Below are positions 7,358 to 15,522 of a stretch of 17,248 nucleotides of DNA, piece after piece. The notes under the pieces were generated by a model. The model was not told the origin of the DNA and ran no database searches. It was given only the letters and a program-made list of their open reading frames with translations. The DNA comes from Gammaproteobacteria bacterium. Its GTDB lineage: Bacteria; Pseudomonadota; Gammaproteobacteria; GCA-001735895. Location: NCBI GenBank assembly GCA_050298595.1, contig JBNKUM010000050.1, positions 1 through 17,248 on the forward strand, in the 5' to 3' direction. Both the position numbers and the translations under genes were made by a program. The stretch's first letter is position 1. Every line of letters starts with the position of its first letter.

Positions 7358-9178
7358 ATGACTGGAGAAATCCTTTTCATATTTTGCCTGTTAACTGTGA
7401 CCATCGGCTTATTTATCTGGGACCGTATCCGGATGGATATTGTCGCTTTAATGGTGGCAATGACATTGGCTTTCTCTGGAGTGATCAGTGTTTCTGAGGT
7501 TTTTTCGGGGTTTGGTAATTCCGTAGTCATAATGATTGCGGGGTTATTTGTTGTTGGTGAAGGTCTATTTCGTACCGGTGTAGCTGCCGCAGCTGGTCAG
7601 TGGATTCTGAATATGGGGGGTAACAGCGAGGCCCGCTTACTGTTGTTTTTACTCCCGGTTATTGCGACCTTATCAGCTTTCATGAGTTCGACTGGAGCAG
7701 TTGCTCTACTAATACCGGTAGTCCTCAGTCTATCTCGAAAATCTGGTATGTCTCCCTCTAAACTACTAATGCCATTGGCTTTTGCATCTCTGGTAGGGGG
7801 AATGTTAACGCTGATTGGTACTCCCCCTAATATCGTAGCCAGTGAGACCTTACTGCAGGCGGGCTTCGCCCCCTTTGCATTTTTTGATTTCACGCCTATC
7901 GGTCTGGCTATACTGGTATTCAGTATGTTTTATCTGATTGTTATCGGTCGACGCTTACTGCCCAATGTTGATATCAGAAACCCCGATCAACCCCATCCCC
8001 ATTTACATGAGTTTGCTGAGCGTTATGGCATCAGTGATCAGTTGCACTTGCTATCGGTGCCGGCAGATTCGAATCTTATCGGTGAGACTGTTGTCACTGC
8101 GGGACTACGTACTAACTATGAGGTCACGGTATTCGGCATACGTCGTAAAGGTCGTTTAACCTCGATGCTATTACCGGTAACTATAGAAACCATAATCAAA
8201 AAAAATGATGTGCTGATGGTTTATGCTGATTCGAAACAAATCACCTCGATCTGTGAGGCTTTCAGTCTGACGTCTGAAGTTTTTCCCACGGGCCTTATCA
8301 GAAAAATGCATAATGAGTTTGGGGTGGCTGAGGTAATGTTACGTCGCGGATCTTCACTGGTAGGGAAAACAATCAAAGAGGGCAGGTTCAGAGAAAAATT
8401 TGGACTCAGTGTGATTGGTATTTTACGTGATGATGAAGCACTAACGACTGATTTTGATGGCACTGCTCTCAAATTTGCAGATAGCTTATTACTTGCCGGT
8501 GGCTGGAACTTTATAGAGAAGTTAAACGACAGGCGCGATTTTATCGTTATCGAAACTCCCGCAGAAATGGTGGAAGCACCTTCTCACGCCAGTAAAGCTC
8601 CATTGTCGTTGCTCATCATGCTATTGATGCTGATCTCTATGACTATGGGTTGGTTACCCACCCTGACGGCAGTTATGGCAGCTGCCCTGGCCATGGTGAT
8701 TACCGGTTGTGTCACTATGGAAGAAGCCTATAAATCACTTAAACCCTCAAGTCTAATACTGATAGCCTGTATGCTTCCGGTGGCGATTGCGATGGAAAAA
8801 ACAGGAGCAGCCAGGCTGATTGTCGATCAACTGGTAGTTGCTTTTGGTGGAGGTAGCCCTATGGCTCTGGGGGCAGCCCTGTTTATCTTTACCTCGATCT
8901 TCAGTCAGTTTATCTCTAATACTGCGACTACTGTGCTGGTGGCCCCAATTGCAATCAGCGCCGCACAATCTCTGGGCGTCAATCCACAGCCCTATATGAT
9001 GATGGTTGCTCTGGCGGCATCAACTGCCTTTGCGACGCCTATAGCATCGCCGGTGAATACTCTGATCCTGGCGCCTGGAAAATATACGTTTTTAGATTTT
9101 GTCAAAGTAGGGGTACCGCTTCAAATTGCAGCGATGATTATTGCGCTGCTGTTAACCCCGCTCATTTTTCCGTTTTAA
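7358..9178 (+). CDS. SLC13/CitMHS-type (DASS-related) permease with two TrkA-C (RCK_C) domains
   Basis: RBS GGAG at 7348-7351 supports ATG 7358 over the track's TTG 7163. Motifs: R.DIVAL, LSAFMSSTGA, GGMLTLIGTPPN, a central soluble region with two TrkA-C repeats (SNLIGETV; SSLVGKTI), SQFISNTAT, FATPIASPVN and Y.F.DF.KVG.PL. Confidence 0.9.
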   Translation: MTGEILFIFCLLTVTIGLFIWDRIRMDIVALMVAMTLAFSGVISVSEVFSGFGNSVVIMIAGLFVVGEGLFRTGVAAAAGQWILNMGGNSEARLLLFLLPVIATLSAFMSSTGAVALLIPVVLSLSRKSGMSPSKLLMPLAFASLVGGMLTLIGTPPNIVASETLLQAGFAPFAFFDFTPIGLAILVFSMFYLIVIGRRLLPNVDIRNPDQPHPHLHEFAERYGISDQLHLLSVPADSNLIGETVVTAGLRTNYEVTVFGIRRKGRLTSMLLPVTIETIIKKNDVLMVYADSKQITSICEAFSLTSEVFPTGLIRKMHNEFGVAEVMLRRGSSLVGKTIKEGRFREKFGLSVIGILRDDEALTTDFDGTALKFADSLLLAGGWNFIEKLNDRRDFIVIETPAEMVEAPSHASKAPLSLLIMLLMLISMTMGWLPTLTAVMAAALAMVITGCVTMEEAYKSLKPSSLILIACMLPVAIAMEKTGAARLIVDQLVVAFGGGSPMALGAALFIFTSIFSQFISNTATTVLVAPIAISAAQSLGVNPQPYMMMVALAASTAFATPIASPVNTLILAPGKYTFLDFVKVGVPLQIAAMIIALLLTPLIFPF

Positions 9179-9207
9179 TTCCTGTTACTGGTGCTTTAAG
9201 AATCAAT

Positions 9208-9226
9208 TTTTACGCAAATTTTACGC
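9208..9226 (+). promoter_or_regulatory. KdpE/OmpR-type tandem direct repeat TTTTACGC-aaa-TTTTACGC upstream of trkH
   Basis: Two exact 8-mers with an 11-bp period (9208-9215 and 9219-9226), and a third degenerate copy TTTTAACGC at 9251-9259. A candidate -10 TATAGT lies at 9275-9280. Confidence 0.65.
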
Positions 9227-9307
9227 CTTGATGTCGTTTCGTATATAGATTTTTAACGCCAGAAAGTTGAATCATATAGTCTGAAATTATTCAGGTATTT
9301 GATTCCA

Positions 9308-10756
9308 ATGATTAAGCTTTTACGGCCTATCCTCTACATCTGTGGGATATTGGCCTTAATTATGGCCGCTTTAATGCTGCTGCCCGCTGGATTTGCCTAT
9401 TTCACCCATGACCAGGAATTACAGCCTTTTCTTGATTCGGCTGCAGTTACGGCCGTATCAGGGTTAACCCTGATCCTGATATTCAGGTCATCCACAATCT
9501 CTCTAGCAACCCGTCAACTTTATCTACTCACCACTTTTAGCTGGATACTGCTATCGCTTGCGGGTTCACTGCCACTTATATTCGCACATCACCCCTTATC
9601 GCTGGTTGATGCCGTATTTGAGTCGGTTTCAGGCATTACTACCACGGGTTCAACGGTGATGAGTCATCTTCAAACCTTGCCTCCGAGCATACTGTTGTGG
9701 CGGTCTTTGCTGCAGTGGGTAGGTGGCCTGGGGGTGATCGGGATGGCGGTTTCGATTCTACCCTTTTTACAGATAGGGGGGATGAAGCTATTTCAGACAG
9801 AATCTTCAGACTGGTCTGAAAAATCACTACCTAAATTCCATGGTCTGGCGCGAGCCTTACTGGTTAGTTATCTGTTAATCACCCTGTTATGTGCTGTGAG
9901 TTACTGGATGGGGGGGATGTCGATCTTCGATGCCATCAATCATGCGATGACGACAGTCTCTACCGGCGGCTATGCGACTGATGACCGCTCTATGGCACGT
10001 TTCGGTCCCGCAATACTCTGGATATCAGTGCTCTTCATGATAGCGGGAGCATTACCTTTAACCTTTTTTATCCGATACTTCACCGCACGCTCGATACATT
10101 ACCAGGTAGATCAACAGGTGATGGGGTTTTTACTGATAACCGCTTCGCTGATTCTTTTAATGACGCTACAGTTGATGTCGGTAAACACTTTGCCACCATT
10201 TGAGGCTCTGACTCAGGCGGCATTCAATATCACATCGGTAATCACTACGACCGGATATGCTTCATCTGATTACACCAACTGGGGGCAATTCAGTATTGCA
10301 TTGTTCTTTATTGTAACCTTTATCGGTGGCTGCTCGGGTTCTACCAGTGGCGGGATGAAGGTATTTCGCTTTCAGCTGTCTTTTCTATTTCTACTCAACC
10401 AGTTAAAAAAACAGGTCCATCCACATGGCATATTTCTAATCAAATATAATGGTAAACGCATCGAAGATGATATTACCGCATCGGCTATTGCTTTTTCATT
10501 TATGTTCTTTATTGCGCTGGCGATTACCACATTATTGCTAACGGCGTTTGGTGTTGACTTTATCACCAGCTTTACAGGCTCCGTTACTGCTTTAACCAAT
10601 GTTGGCCCCGGGTTAGGGGATATCATCGGTCCTGCAGGCAACTTTGCACCGCTGCCTGATTTTGCAAAATGGACGCTGTCTTTTGCAATGATTCTAGGAC
10701 GACTGGAACTATTGAGTGTAATCGTATTATTCTCTACAGTTTTCTGGAAACGATAA
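9308..10756 (+). CDS. trkH: Trk system K+ uptake membrane protein (TrkH/TrkI type)
   Basis: Four pore loops with filter glycines (SGITTTGST, TVSTGGY, VITTTGY, LTNVGPGLG), plus LLWRSLLQWVGGLG, the gating loop GGCSGSTSGGMK and GRLE. ATG 9308 is preferred over TTG 9299. Confidence 0.95.
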   Translation: MIKLLRPILYICGILALIMAALMLLPAGFAYFTHDQELQPFLDSAAVTAVSGLTLILIFRSSTISLATRQLYLLTTFSWILLSLAGSLPLIFAHHPLSLVDAVFESVSGITTTGSTVMSHLQTLPPSILLWRSLLQWVGGLGVIGMAVSILPFLQIGGMKLFQTESSDWSEKSLPKFHGLARALLVSYLLITLLCAVSYWMGGMSIFDAINHAMTTVSTGGYATDDRSMARFGPAILWISVLFMIAGALPLTFFIRYFTARSIHYQVDQQVMGFLLITASLILLMTLQLMSVNTLPPFEALTQAAFNITSVITTTGYASSDYTNWGQFSIALFFIVTFIGGCSGSTSGGMKVFRFQLSFLFLLNQLKKQVHPHGIFLIKYNGKRIEDDITASAIAFSFMFFIALAITTLLLTAFGVDFITSFTGSVTALTNVGPGLGDIIGPAGNFAPLPDFAKWTLSFAMILGRLELLSVIVLFSTVFWKR

Positions 10757-10763
10757 TCAGGTT

Positions 10764-12284
10764 ATGCATCCATACTCAGCGCGCGATAGAGTCCTATTCT
10801 GGGTGATGCCCTGGCTAGCACCTTTGCTGGCAACATTAATTTCCTGGGCATTATCGCCCATATTACCCAAAGCGCATTACTCCATGATTTACCTGGCAGG
10901 GGTTTTATTTACGGCGGTATTTACCCGGGTAAAACCAGCCCTGGCCTGCGCTGTGTTGAGCTTTCTGGCCTATAACTTTTTTCATTTTGAACCACACTTC
11001 AGTTTTTATATGGTGCATCAGCAAGATATCCTGACGGTTGCACTGTTTATTTTGGTAGCCTTCGTTACAGGGCATCTGGCAGCGCGTTTACGCGAACAGG
11101 TAGTAGCGCTGGAGGATAGTGATCGTTGGAACAAGCATCAAATGCTGCTGGCTGAGGAGCTGTCCAGTTGTGTCAATGGTGAGTCGGTGATCAGGACTCT
11201 GGAGCAGCATCTGCAAACCAGTTTCGAGATTAATAGCGTCGTTTTATATAGGGACAATGCGACAGATGAGTTTCGATTGCTATGTGGTGAATTACCAATT
11301 CCGTTGCATGAATCAACTCCTAAATGTAGCGACTCGGTGGCTGAGGTATTGCTCGATATACACAGCAAATCAGTATTGATTACCTTCTGTAGCAGTAGAA
11401 GTTGTCTGGGGCAAATAATGATTAAGCTTTCATATGCTCTGGATAATGGACAAAAGCATCAGCTTGAAGGTTTTACCGGGCTGGCTCGTCTCGCATGGAG
11501 TCGAGTGGTATTGAATGAAGTGTTGCGTTCAGAAACTCTGGTGAAAGAACGCGAGCAGTTACGCTCCGCTTTACTGTCCTCTATATCGCATGATTTACGC
11601 ACACCGCTGGCGACTATGATCGGTTCAGTATCCACGCTAATTGAATTGCATGATGCGCTGGATACCTCCCAGCAGGAAGAATTATTGCAAAATACCCTGA
11701 GTGAAGCGCAGCGACTGAATCGCTATATTCAGAAATTACTGGATATGACCCGCCTGGGGCATGGTGAACTATCTCTTGATCGAGACTGGGTCGGTATTGA
11801 CGATATACTCAGTGTCGTCATCAAGCGTAGTAAAAGCCTGCTCAACGGCAGTAGTATTAAAGTCGATCTGCAACCTGATCTGCCTTTGCTACATGTCCAT
11901 CCAGCGCTGATAGAACAGGCTGTTTTTAACGTATTAGAGAATGCTATCCGATATGCACCCAAAGATACCTCTATTACCATCAAAGCATATTCAATTGATG
12001 ATCGATTACAGATCGACATCCACAACTTTGGCCCGGTGATACCGGTAGAAAGCTGGAACAGTATCTTTGATATGTTCTTTACCTTTGCGCATGGTGATCA
12101 GGACTCAGCAGGCACAGGGCTGGGTTTGGCCATCTGCCAGGGTATACTCGGTGCGCATGGCGGTCTTGCTTCGGTGATACATAGCAGTATCGAAAAAGGA
12201 ACAACCTTAAGGATTTCACTACCACTTAAAGAGACTCAACAATCCGTTCAGGAAATCAATGATGACACGCATACTGATAATTGA
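10764..12284 (+). CDS. KdpD-like sensor histidine kinase lacking the N-terminal KdpD/Usp cytoplasmic region (DUF4118 TM - GAF-like - HisKA - HATPase)
   Basis: Begins directly with four TM helices (MIYLAGVL...LAYNFFHFEP.FSF). H-box EQLRSALLSSISHDLRTPL, N-box NVLENAIRY, G2 GTGLGLAIC. It is 506 aa, versus roughly 900 aa for full-length KdpD. Confidence 0.88.
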   Translation: MHPYSARDRVLFWVMPWLAPLLATLISWALSPILPKAHYSMIYLAGVLFTAVFTRVKPALACAVLSFLAYNFFHFEPHFSFYMVHQQDILTVALFILVAFVTGHLAARLREQVVALEDSDRWNKHQMLLAEELSSCVNGESVIRTLEQHLQTSFEINSVVLYRDNATDEFRLLCGELPIPLHESTPKCSDSVAEVLLDIHSKSVLITFCSSRSCLGQIMIKLSYALDNGQKHQLEGFTGLARLAWSRVVLNEVLRSETLVKEREQLRSALLSSISHDLRTPLATMIGSVSTLIELHDALDTSQQEELLQNTLSEAQRLNRYIQKLLDMTRLGHGELSLDRDWVGIDDILSVVIKRSKSLLNGSSIKVDLQPDLPLLHVHPALIEQAVFNVLENAIRYAPKDTSITIKAYSIDDRLQIDIHNFGPVIPVESWNSIFDMFFTFAHGDQDSAGTGLGLAICQGILGAHGGLASVIHSSIEKGTTLRISLPLKETQQSVQEINDDTHTDN

Positions 12285-12963
12285 AGATGAACCACAGATT
12301 CGTCGCTTTCTAAACATCAGCCTGGGATCGCAGGGCTATTCTATTCTGGAAGCTGCTGATGGTCATTCAGGCCTGGAGCTGGTTGCACTGGAAAACCCTG
12401 AACTCATCATACTGGATCTTGGTCTGCCCGATATGGATGGTCAGGATGTGCTCAAGGGCCTGCGCGATTTTTACAAAGGCCCCATTATCGTACTGTCGGT
12501 ACGCGATAGCGAGAGGGAAAAGGTGGTTGCACTGGATAATGGTTGTAACGATTATGTCGAGAAGCCATTTGCGGTGAATGAGTTACTGGCACGTATACGT
12601 GCTGTACTTCGTACCTTTTCAGGTATCGAAAAACCACCCACCGGTTTTGACGATGAGCATCTTAAAATCGATCTGTTAAACCGCCGCGTGGTGCTGGCAG
12701 ATGAAGAGGTTCATCTATCGAAAAAGGAGTATGAGTTGCTGAAAACACTGATTAGTTATCCGGGCAAAATACTCACCCAGCAACATCTGTTACGTGATAT
12801 CTGGGGGGCGCATCATACTGAAGATACCCATTACCTGAGAGTGATTATTGGGCGATTGAGAAACAAACTGGAAGATGATCCCACCAATCCGCAATATATC
12901 GAAACAGTGGCAGGAGTAGGATATCGGTTTATCGGTGTAGAAAGCGGTACGGTTATAAACTGA
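12259..12963 (+). CDS. kdpE: KdpE-like OmpR-family response regulator
   Basis: ILIIEDEPQIRRFL, ILDLGLPDMDG, PIIVLSVR..E.EKV.ALD.G..DYV.KPF, GKILTQQHLLRDIWG..H.EDTHYLRV...LR.KLEDDPT.P. Overlaps the end of the kinase gene. Confidence 0.9.
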   Translation: MMTRILIIEDEPQIRRFLNISLGSQGYSILEAADGHSGLELVALENPELIILDLGLPDMDGQDVLKGLRDFYKGPIIVLSVRDSEREKVVALDNGCNDYVEKPFAVNELLARIRAVLRTFSGIEKPPTGFDDEHLKIDLLNRRVVLADEEVHLSKKEYELLKTLISYPGKILTQQHLLRDIWGAHHTEDTHYLRVIIGRLRNKLEDDPTNPQYIETVAGVGYRFIGVESGTVIN

Positions 12964-12969
12964 GGCGCT

Positions 12970-13536
12970 TTAAAAATCAGCGAAGCAGTCGGCTTTATTC
13001 TTGCACAGACCAAAATTCATCCCAATAGATAATCGGTATTTGTCAGAGCGATTTTCATTCACCGAATGCGGTGTGCTGGGGGCAAAAAACACATAGTTTC
13101 CCTGAATGGGTTTCAGTTCAATTATTTCATCTTTGGTTTTAAGTACCAGATTGCCTGAATCCTCGGGTACCGTTATATAGATAACGCCAGAAAGCAGTTC
13201 ATCAATGTCGTCATGGGTATGCTGGGTTGTTAAATGACCGGGAGGCATGTAGTTAAACCAGAAGCCAACACATAGCTCATCGACGTTTATATCTAAAATA
13301 CTAGCTGCAACATTGAGTGCTTCGCTGACCAGTTGTTTCAGATCAGGGTGGCTGTTGCGATTGATATAAATATTCTCATAACGCCCATGAAAAAAATGGG
13401 TTTTGTGTAAAGTGTCTGAAGAGTTTTTCAGTTGTTGTTGCAGAAATTCGTCAATAGACCCCAGTTGTTCGGATGATAACTGAGTGTAGCGACGTAAGTA
13501 GGGGGAGTGTCCAGAAAAGAGGGTAGAACCAGCCAT
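12970..13536 (-). CDS. Putative 2OG-Fe(II) oxygenase-family protein
   Basis: WFN.MPPG..T..HTH....LSGVIYI...GNL...FAPSTPHSV..N.S...RLSIGMN: a double-stranded beta-helix with H-x-H...H ligands and an R-x-S motif. Confidence 0.8.
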   Translation of the reverse strand: MAGSTLFSGHSPYLRRYTQLSSEQLGSIDEFLQQQLKNSSDTLHKTHFFHGRYENIYINRNSHPDLKQLVSEALNVAASILDINVDELCVGFWFNYMPPGHLTTQHTHDDIDELLSGVIYITVPEDSGNLVLKTKDEIIELKPIQGNYVFFAPSTPHSVNENRSDKYRLSIGMNFGLCKNKADCFADF

Positions 13537-13562
13537 AGTTCAAATCACAGTAAAGCATTTGG

Positions 13563-13601
13563 ACTAACGGAGCAGATTAATCTGCTCCGTTAGTTTTTTT
13601 T
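13563..13601 (+). terminator. Intrinsic terminator-like hairpin (32-bp perfect palindrome + T-tract)
   Basis: ACTAACGGAGCAGATT|AATCTGCTCCGTTAGT at 13563-13594, followed on the + strand by a T run. It lies 21 bp beyond the stop of the minus-strand 63-aa gene. Confidence 0.7.
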
Positions 13602-13615
13602 ACTTTTTTTCGGAA

Positions 13616-13807
13616 TTACTTCCAGTTTTCGAAATTGTCAGTATTTTTTTCCTGACCATCTTCATAACCGGCAGAATAAGCGTCATTTACATTTTGTTCT
13701 TCTCGCTCTGGATGACCCAGGTAACCACCTTGCCAGCCGATGATATATTGTTCCTGTACACCCATTTCTTCCATCTTTGTGGTCGCATCACGATAAGCTT
13801 GATCCAT
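13616..13807 (-). CDS. Alvin_2107-family small protein (associated with sulfur-globule oxidation)
   Basis: Strong RBS GAGGAG. 63 acidic residues with Y......ME..GV...YI.GW.GGYLGHP.REEQ....AY.AGY.DG, recognised as the Alvin_2107 family pattern. The nearby dsrS supports the call. Confidence 0.75.
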   Translation of the reverse strand: MDQAYRDATTKMEEMGVQEQYIIGWQGGYLGHPEREEQNVNDAYSAGYEDGQEKNTDNFENWK

Positions 13808-13991
13808 AATAATCTCCTCAGATTCAGATAATAAAAGATCGATTTAACATGTAGTTCGCCTGTTAATCGGTAACCACACTACGAAAAATGAGCGTACTTT
13901 ATAGAAAGTTTGTAGGGTTTTTAATATCCCTATTGGGGGGATAATGTGCTCGCATTGTAGATAAACGACCCATCAGGGGTATTCGACAATC

Positions 13992-14005
13992 AGTCATTAA
14001 TGACT
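13992..14005. promoter_or_regulatory. 14-bp perfect palindrome AGTCATTAATGACT upstream of the Sel1-MoxR-VWA cassette
   Basis: Self-complementary, ending 37 bp before ATG 14043, within a divergent intergenic region. Confidence 0.4.
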
Positions 14006-14042
14006 ATTATCTATCCTTTACTGATACAACAGGTTCATCATT

Positions 14043-14468
14043 ATGCCTACCGATAACGATATGAATTTCATCAGCGGCATGTCCGCATTCGAAGCCAAAG
14101 AGTTCGCAAGAGCCGTTCAGTTTCTGGTGCCATTTGCCGAGAAGGGCGATCCAGATGCCCAGCACAGGGTGGCTATCATGTATCAGAATGGTCTGGGTAT
14201 GGTACGTAAACCTGAAGAAGCTTTCTACTGGATGAAGACTGCTGCAGAGCAGGGCCATGCAGTGGCACAGCACGGGCTGGGGTTTATGTATATGGAAGGC
14301 GACTGTGTCGAAAAAGATAGTCAGAAAGCCATCGAATGGTTTAGTAAAGCCGCTGATCAGGGGCTGGTAGGTTCTTTGACGACACTGGCGATGATGTACG
14401 ATGAAGGTAATGGCGTCGAACAGGACAAGGAAAAGGCTAAAGAACTTTACGCAAAGGCAGGCTTTTAA
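14043..14468 (+). CDS. Sel1-like repeat (SLR/TPR) protein, no signal peptide
   Basis: Three 36-aa SLR units: GDPDAQHRVAIMYQNGLG..., GHAVAQHGLGFMYMEGDC..., GLVGSLTTLAMMYDEGNG.... The stop overlaps the next start (TAATG). Confidence 0.92.
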   Translation: MPTDNDMNFISGMSAFEAKEFARAVQFLVPFAEKGDPDAQHRVAIMYQNGLGMVRKPEEAFYWMKTAAEQGHAVAQHGLGFMYMEGDCVEKDSQKAIEWFSKAADQGLVGSLTTLAMMYDEGNGVEQDKEKAKELYAKAGF

Positions 14469-15511
14469 TGCGTCCATCTCATCTAGCCAGAGTACTCAAT
14501 GAAGAGGTTCTAAGTACACAGAAAGGGCACCACACACCGGTAATGCTTTGGGGGCCACCTGGGGTTGGAAAATCACAGATTATCCTGCAGATAGGCGAGC
14601 GCCATGACCTGCCGGTCATCGACATTCGACTATCGCAGATGGAACCCAGTGACCTGCGCGGTATTCCCTTCAAACTCGATGACAAGGTCGAATGGGCCGT
14701 ACCATCCATGCTACCGGATGCAAAGCTTCACGGTGAAGCAGGCATCTTGTTTCTGGATGAAATCAATTCAGCAGCACCTTCGGTATCCGCCGCTGCCTAC
14801 CAGTTGATCCTGGATCGTAGACTCGGTAATTATCAGGTACCTCAGGGCTGGGCCATCTTTGCTGCGGGCAATCGTCAGGGTGACCGGGGCGTTACCTATG
14901 CCATGCCAGCTCCATTAGCCAATCGTTTTTCGCATTATCAAATTGATCTGAATCTGGATGACTGGGTTGCCTGGGCTTACAGCAATGGCATCGATGAACG
15001 CATTATCGGCTTTTTGCGTTTCCGCCCTGAGTTACTGTTTGATTTTGATCCCGCGCATAACCCGGTGGCCTTCCCATCGCCTCGCTCCTGGGAATACGCG
15101 CATCGTGCCTTACAGAAATTCATCAACTTCCCCGATCTTTTGCTAGGTTCGCTTCAGGCCTGTGTAGGACAGGCTGCGGGTATTGAGTGCCACGCCTTTA
15201 TCGAAAGTCTGGATCAAATGCCTGATCTGGATAAGATCATAAGCGGTGAAGATACTAAAGCGCCAGATGAAATTGACTTGCAATATGCAGTTGCCTCTGC
15301 GCTGGTAGGCCGCGCCATTCGTGCTAAGGGCAGTGAAGAAGCATCCAGCGTATTTGGCAATATACTCAAATATGCGGCCTGTTTCCCGCAACGTGAAATG
15401 GGTGTGATGCTGGTTTCTGATATGCATCGAGCCATTGGTAACGATCTGTTTGAAGTCGCTGAATTTGCCGAATGGGCGGATTCGATTGCAGATCTGATCC
15501 TTTACGACTAA
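14468..15511 (+). CDS. MoxR-like AAA+ ATPase
   Basis: Walker A GPPGVGKS, DIRLSQMEPSDLRGIP, Walker B ILFLDE, sensor I AAGN, Arg finger LANRF and sensor II SPRSW. Confidence 0.92.
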   Translation: MRPSHLARVLNEEVLSTQKGHHTPVMLWGPPGVGKSQIILQIGERHDLPVIDIRLSQMEPSDLRGIPFKLDDKVEWAVPSMLPDAKLHGEAGILFLDEINSAAPSVSAAAYQLILDRRLGNYQVPQGWAIFAAGNRQGDRGVTYAMPAPLANRFSHYQIDLNLDDWVAWAYSNGIDERIIGFLRFRPELLFDFDPAHNPVAFPSPRSWEYAHRALQKFINFPDLLLGSLQACVGQAAGIECHAFIESLDQMPDLDKIISGEDTKAPDEIDLQYAVASALVGRAIRAKGSEEASSVFGNILKYAACFPQREMGVMLVSDMHRAIGNDLFEVAEFAEWADSIADLILYD

Positions 15512-15522
15512 GTTGCTTCGTT

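Noticed and set aside
14007-14477. 156-aa minus-strand ORF
   Set aside because: Antisense shadow of the clear Sel1-repeat gene.
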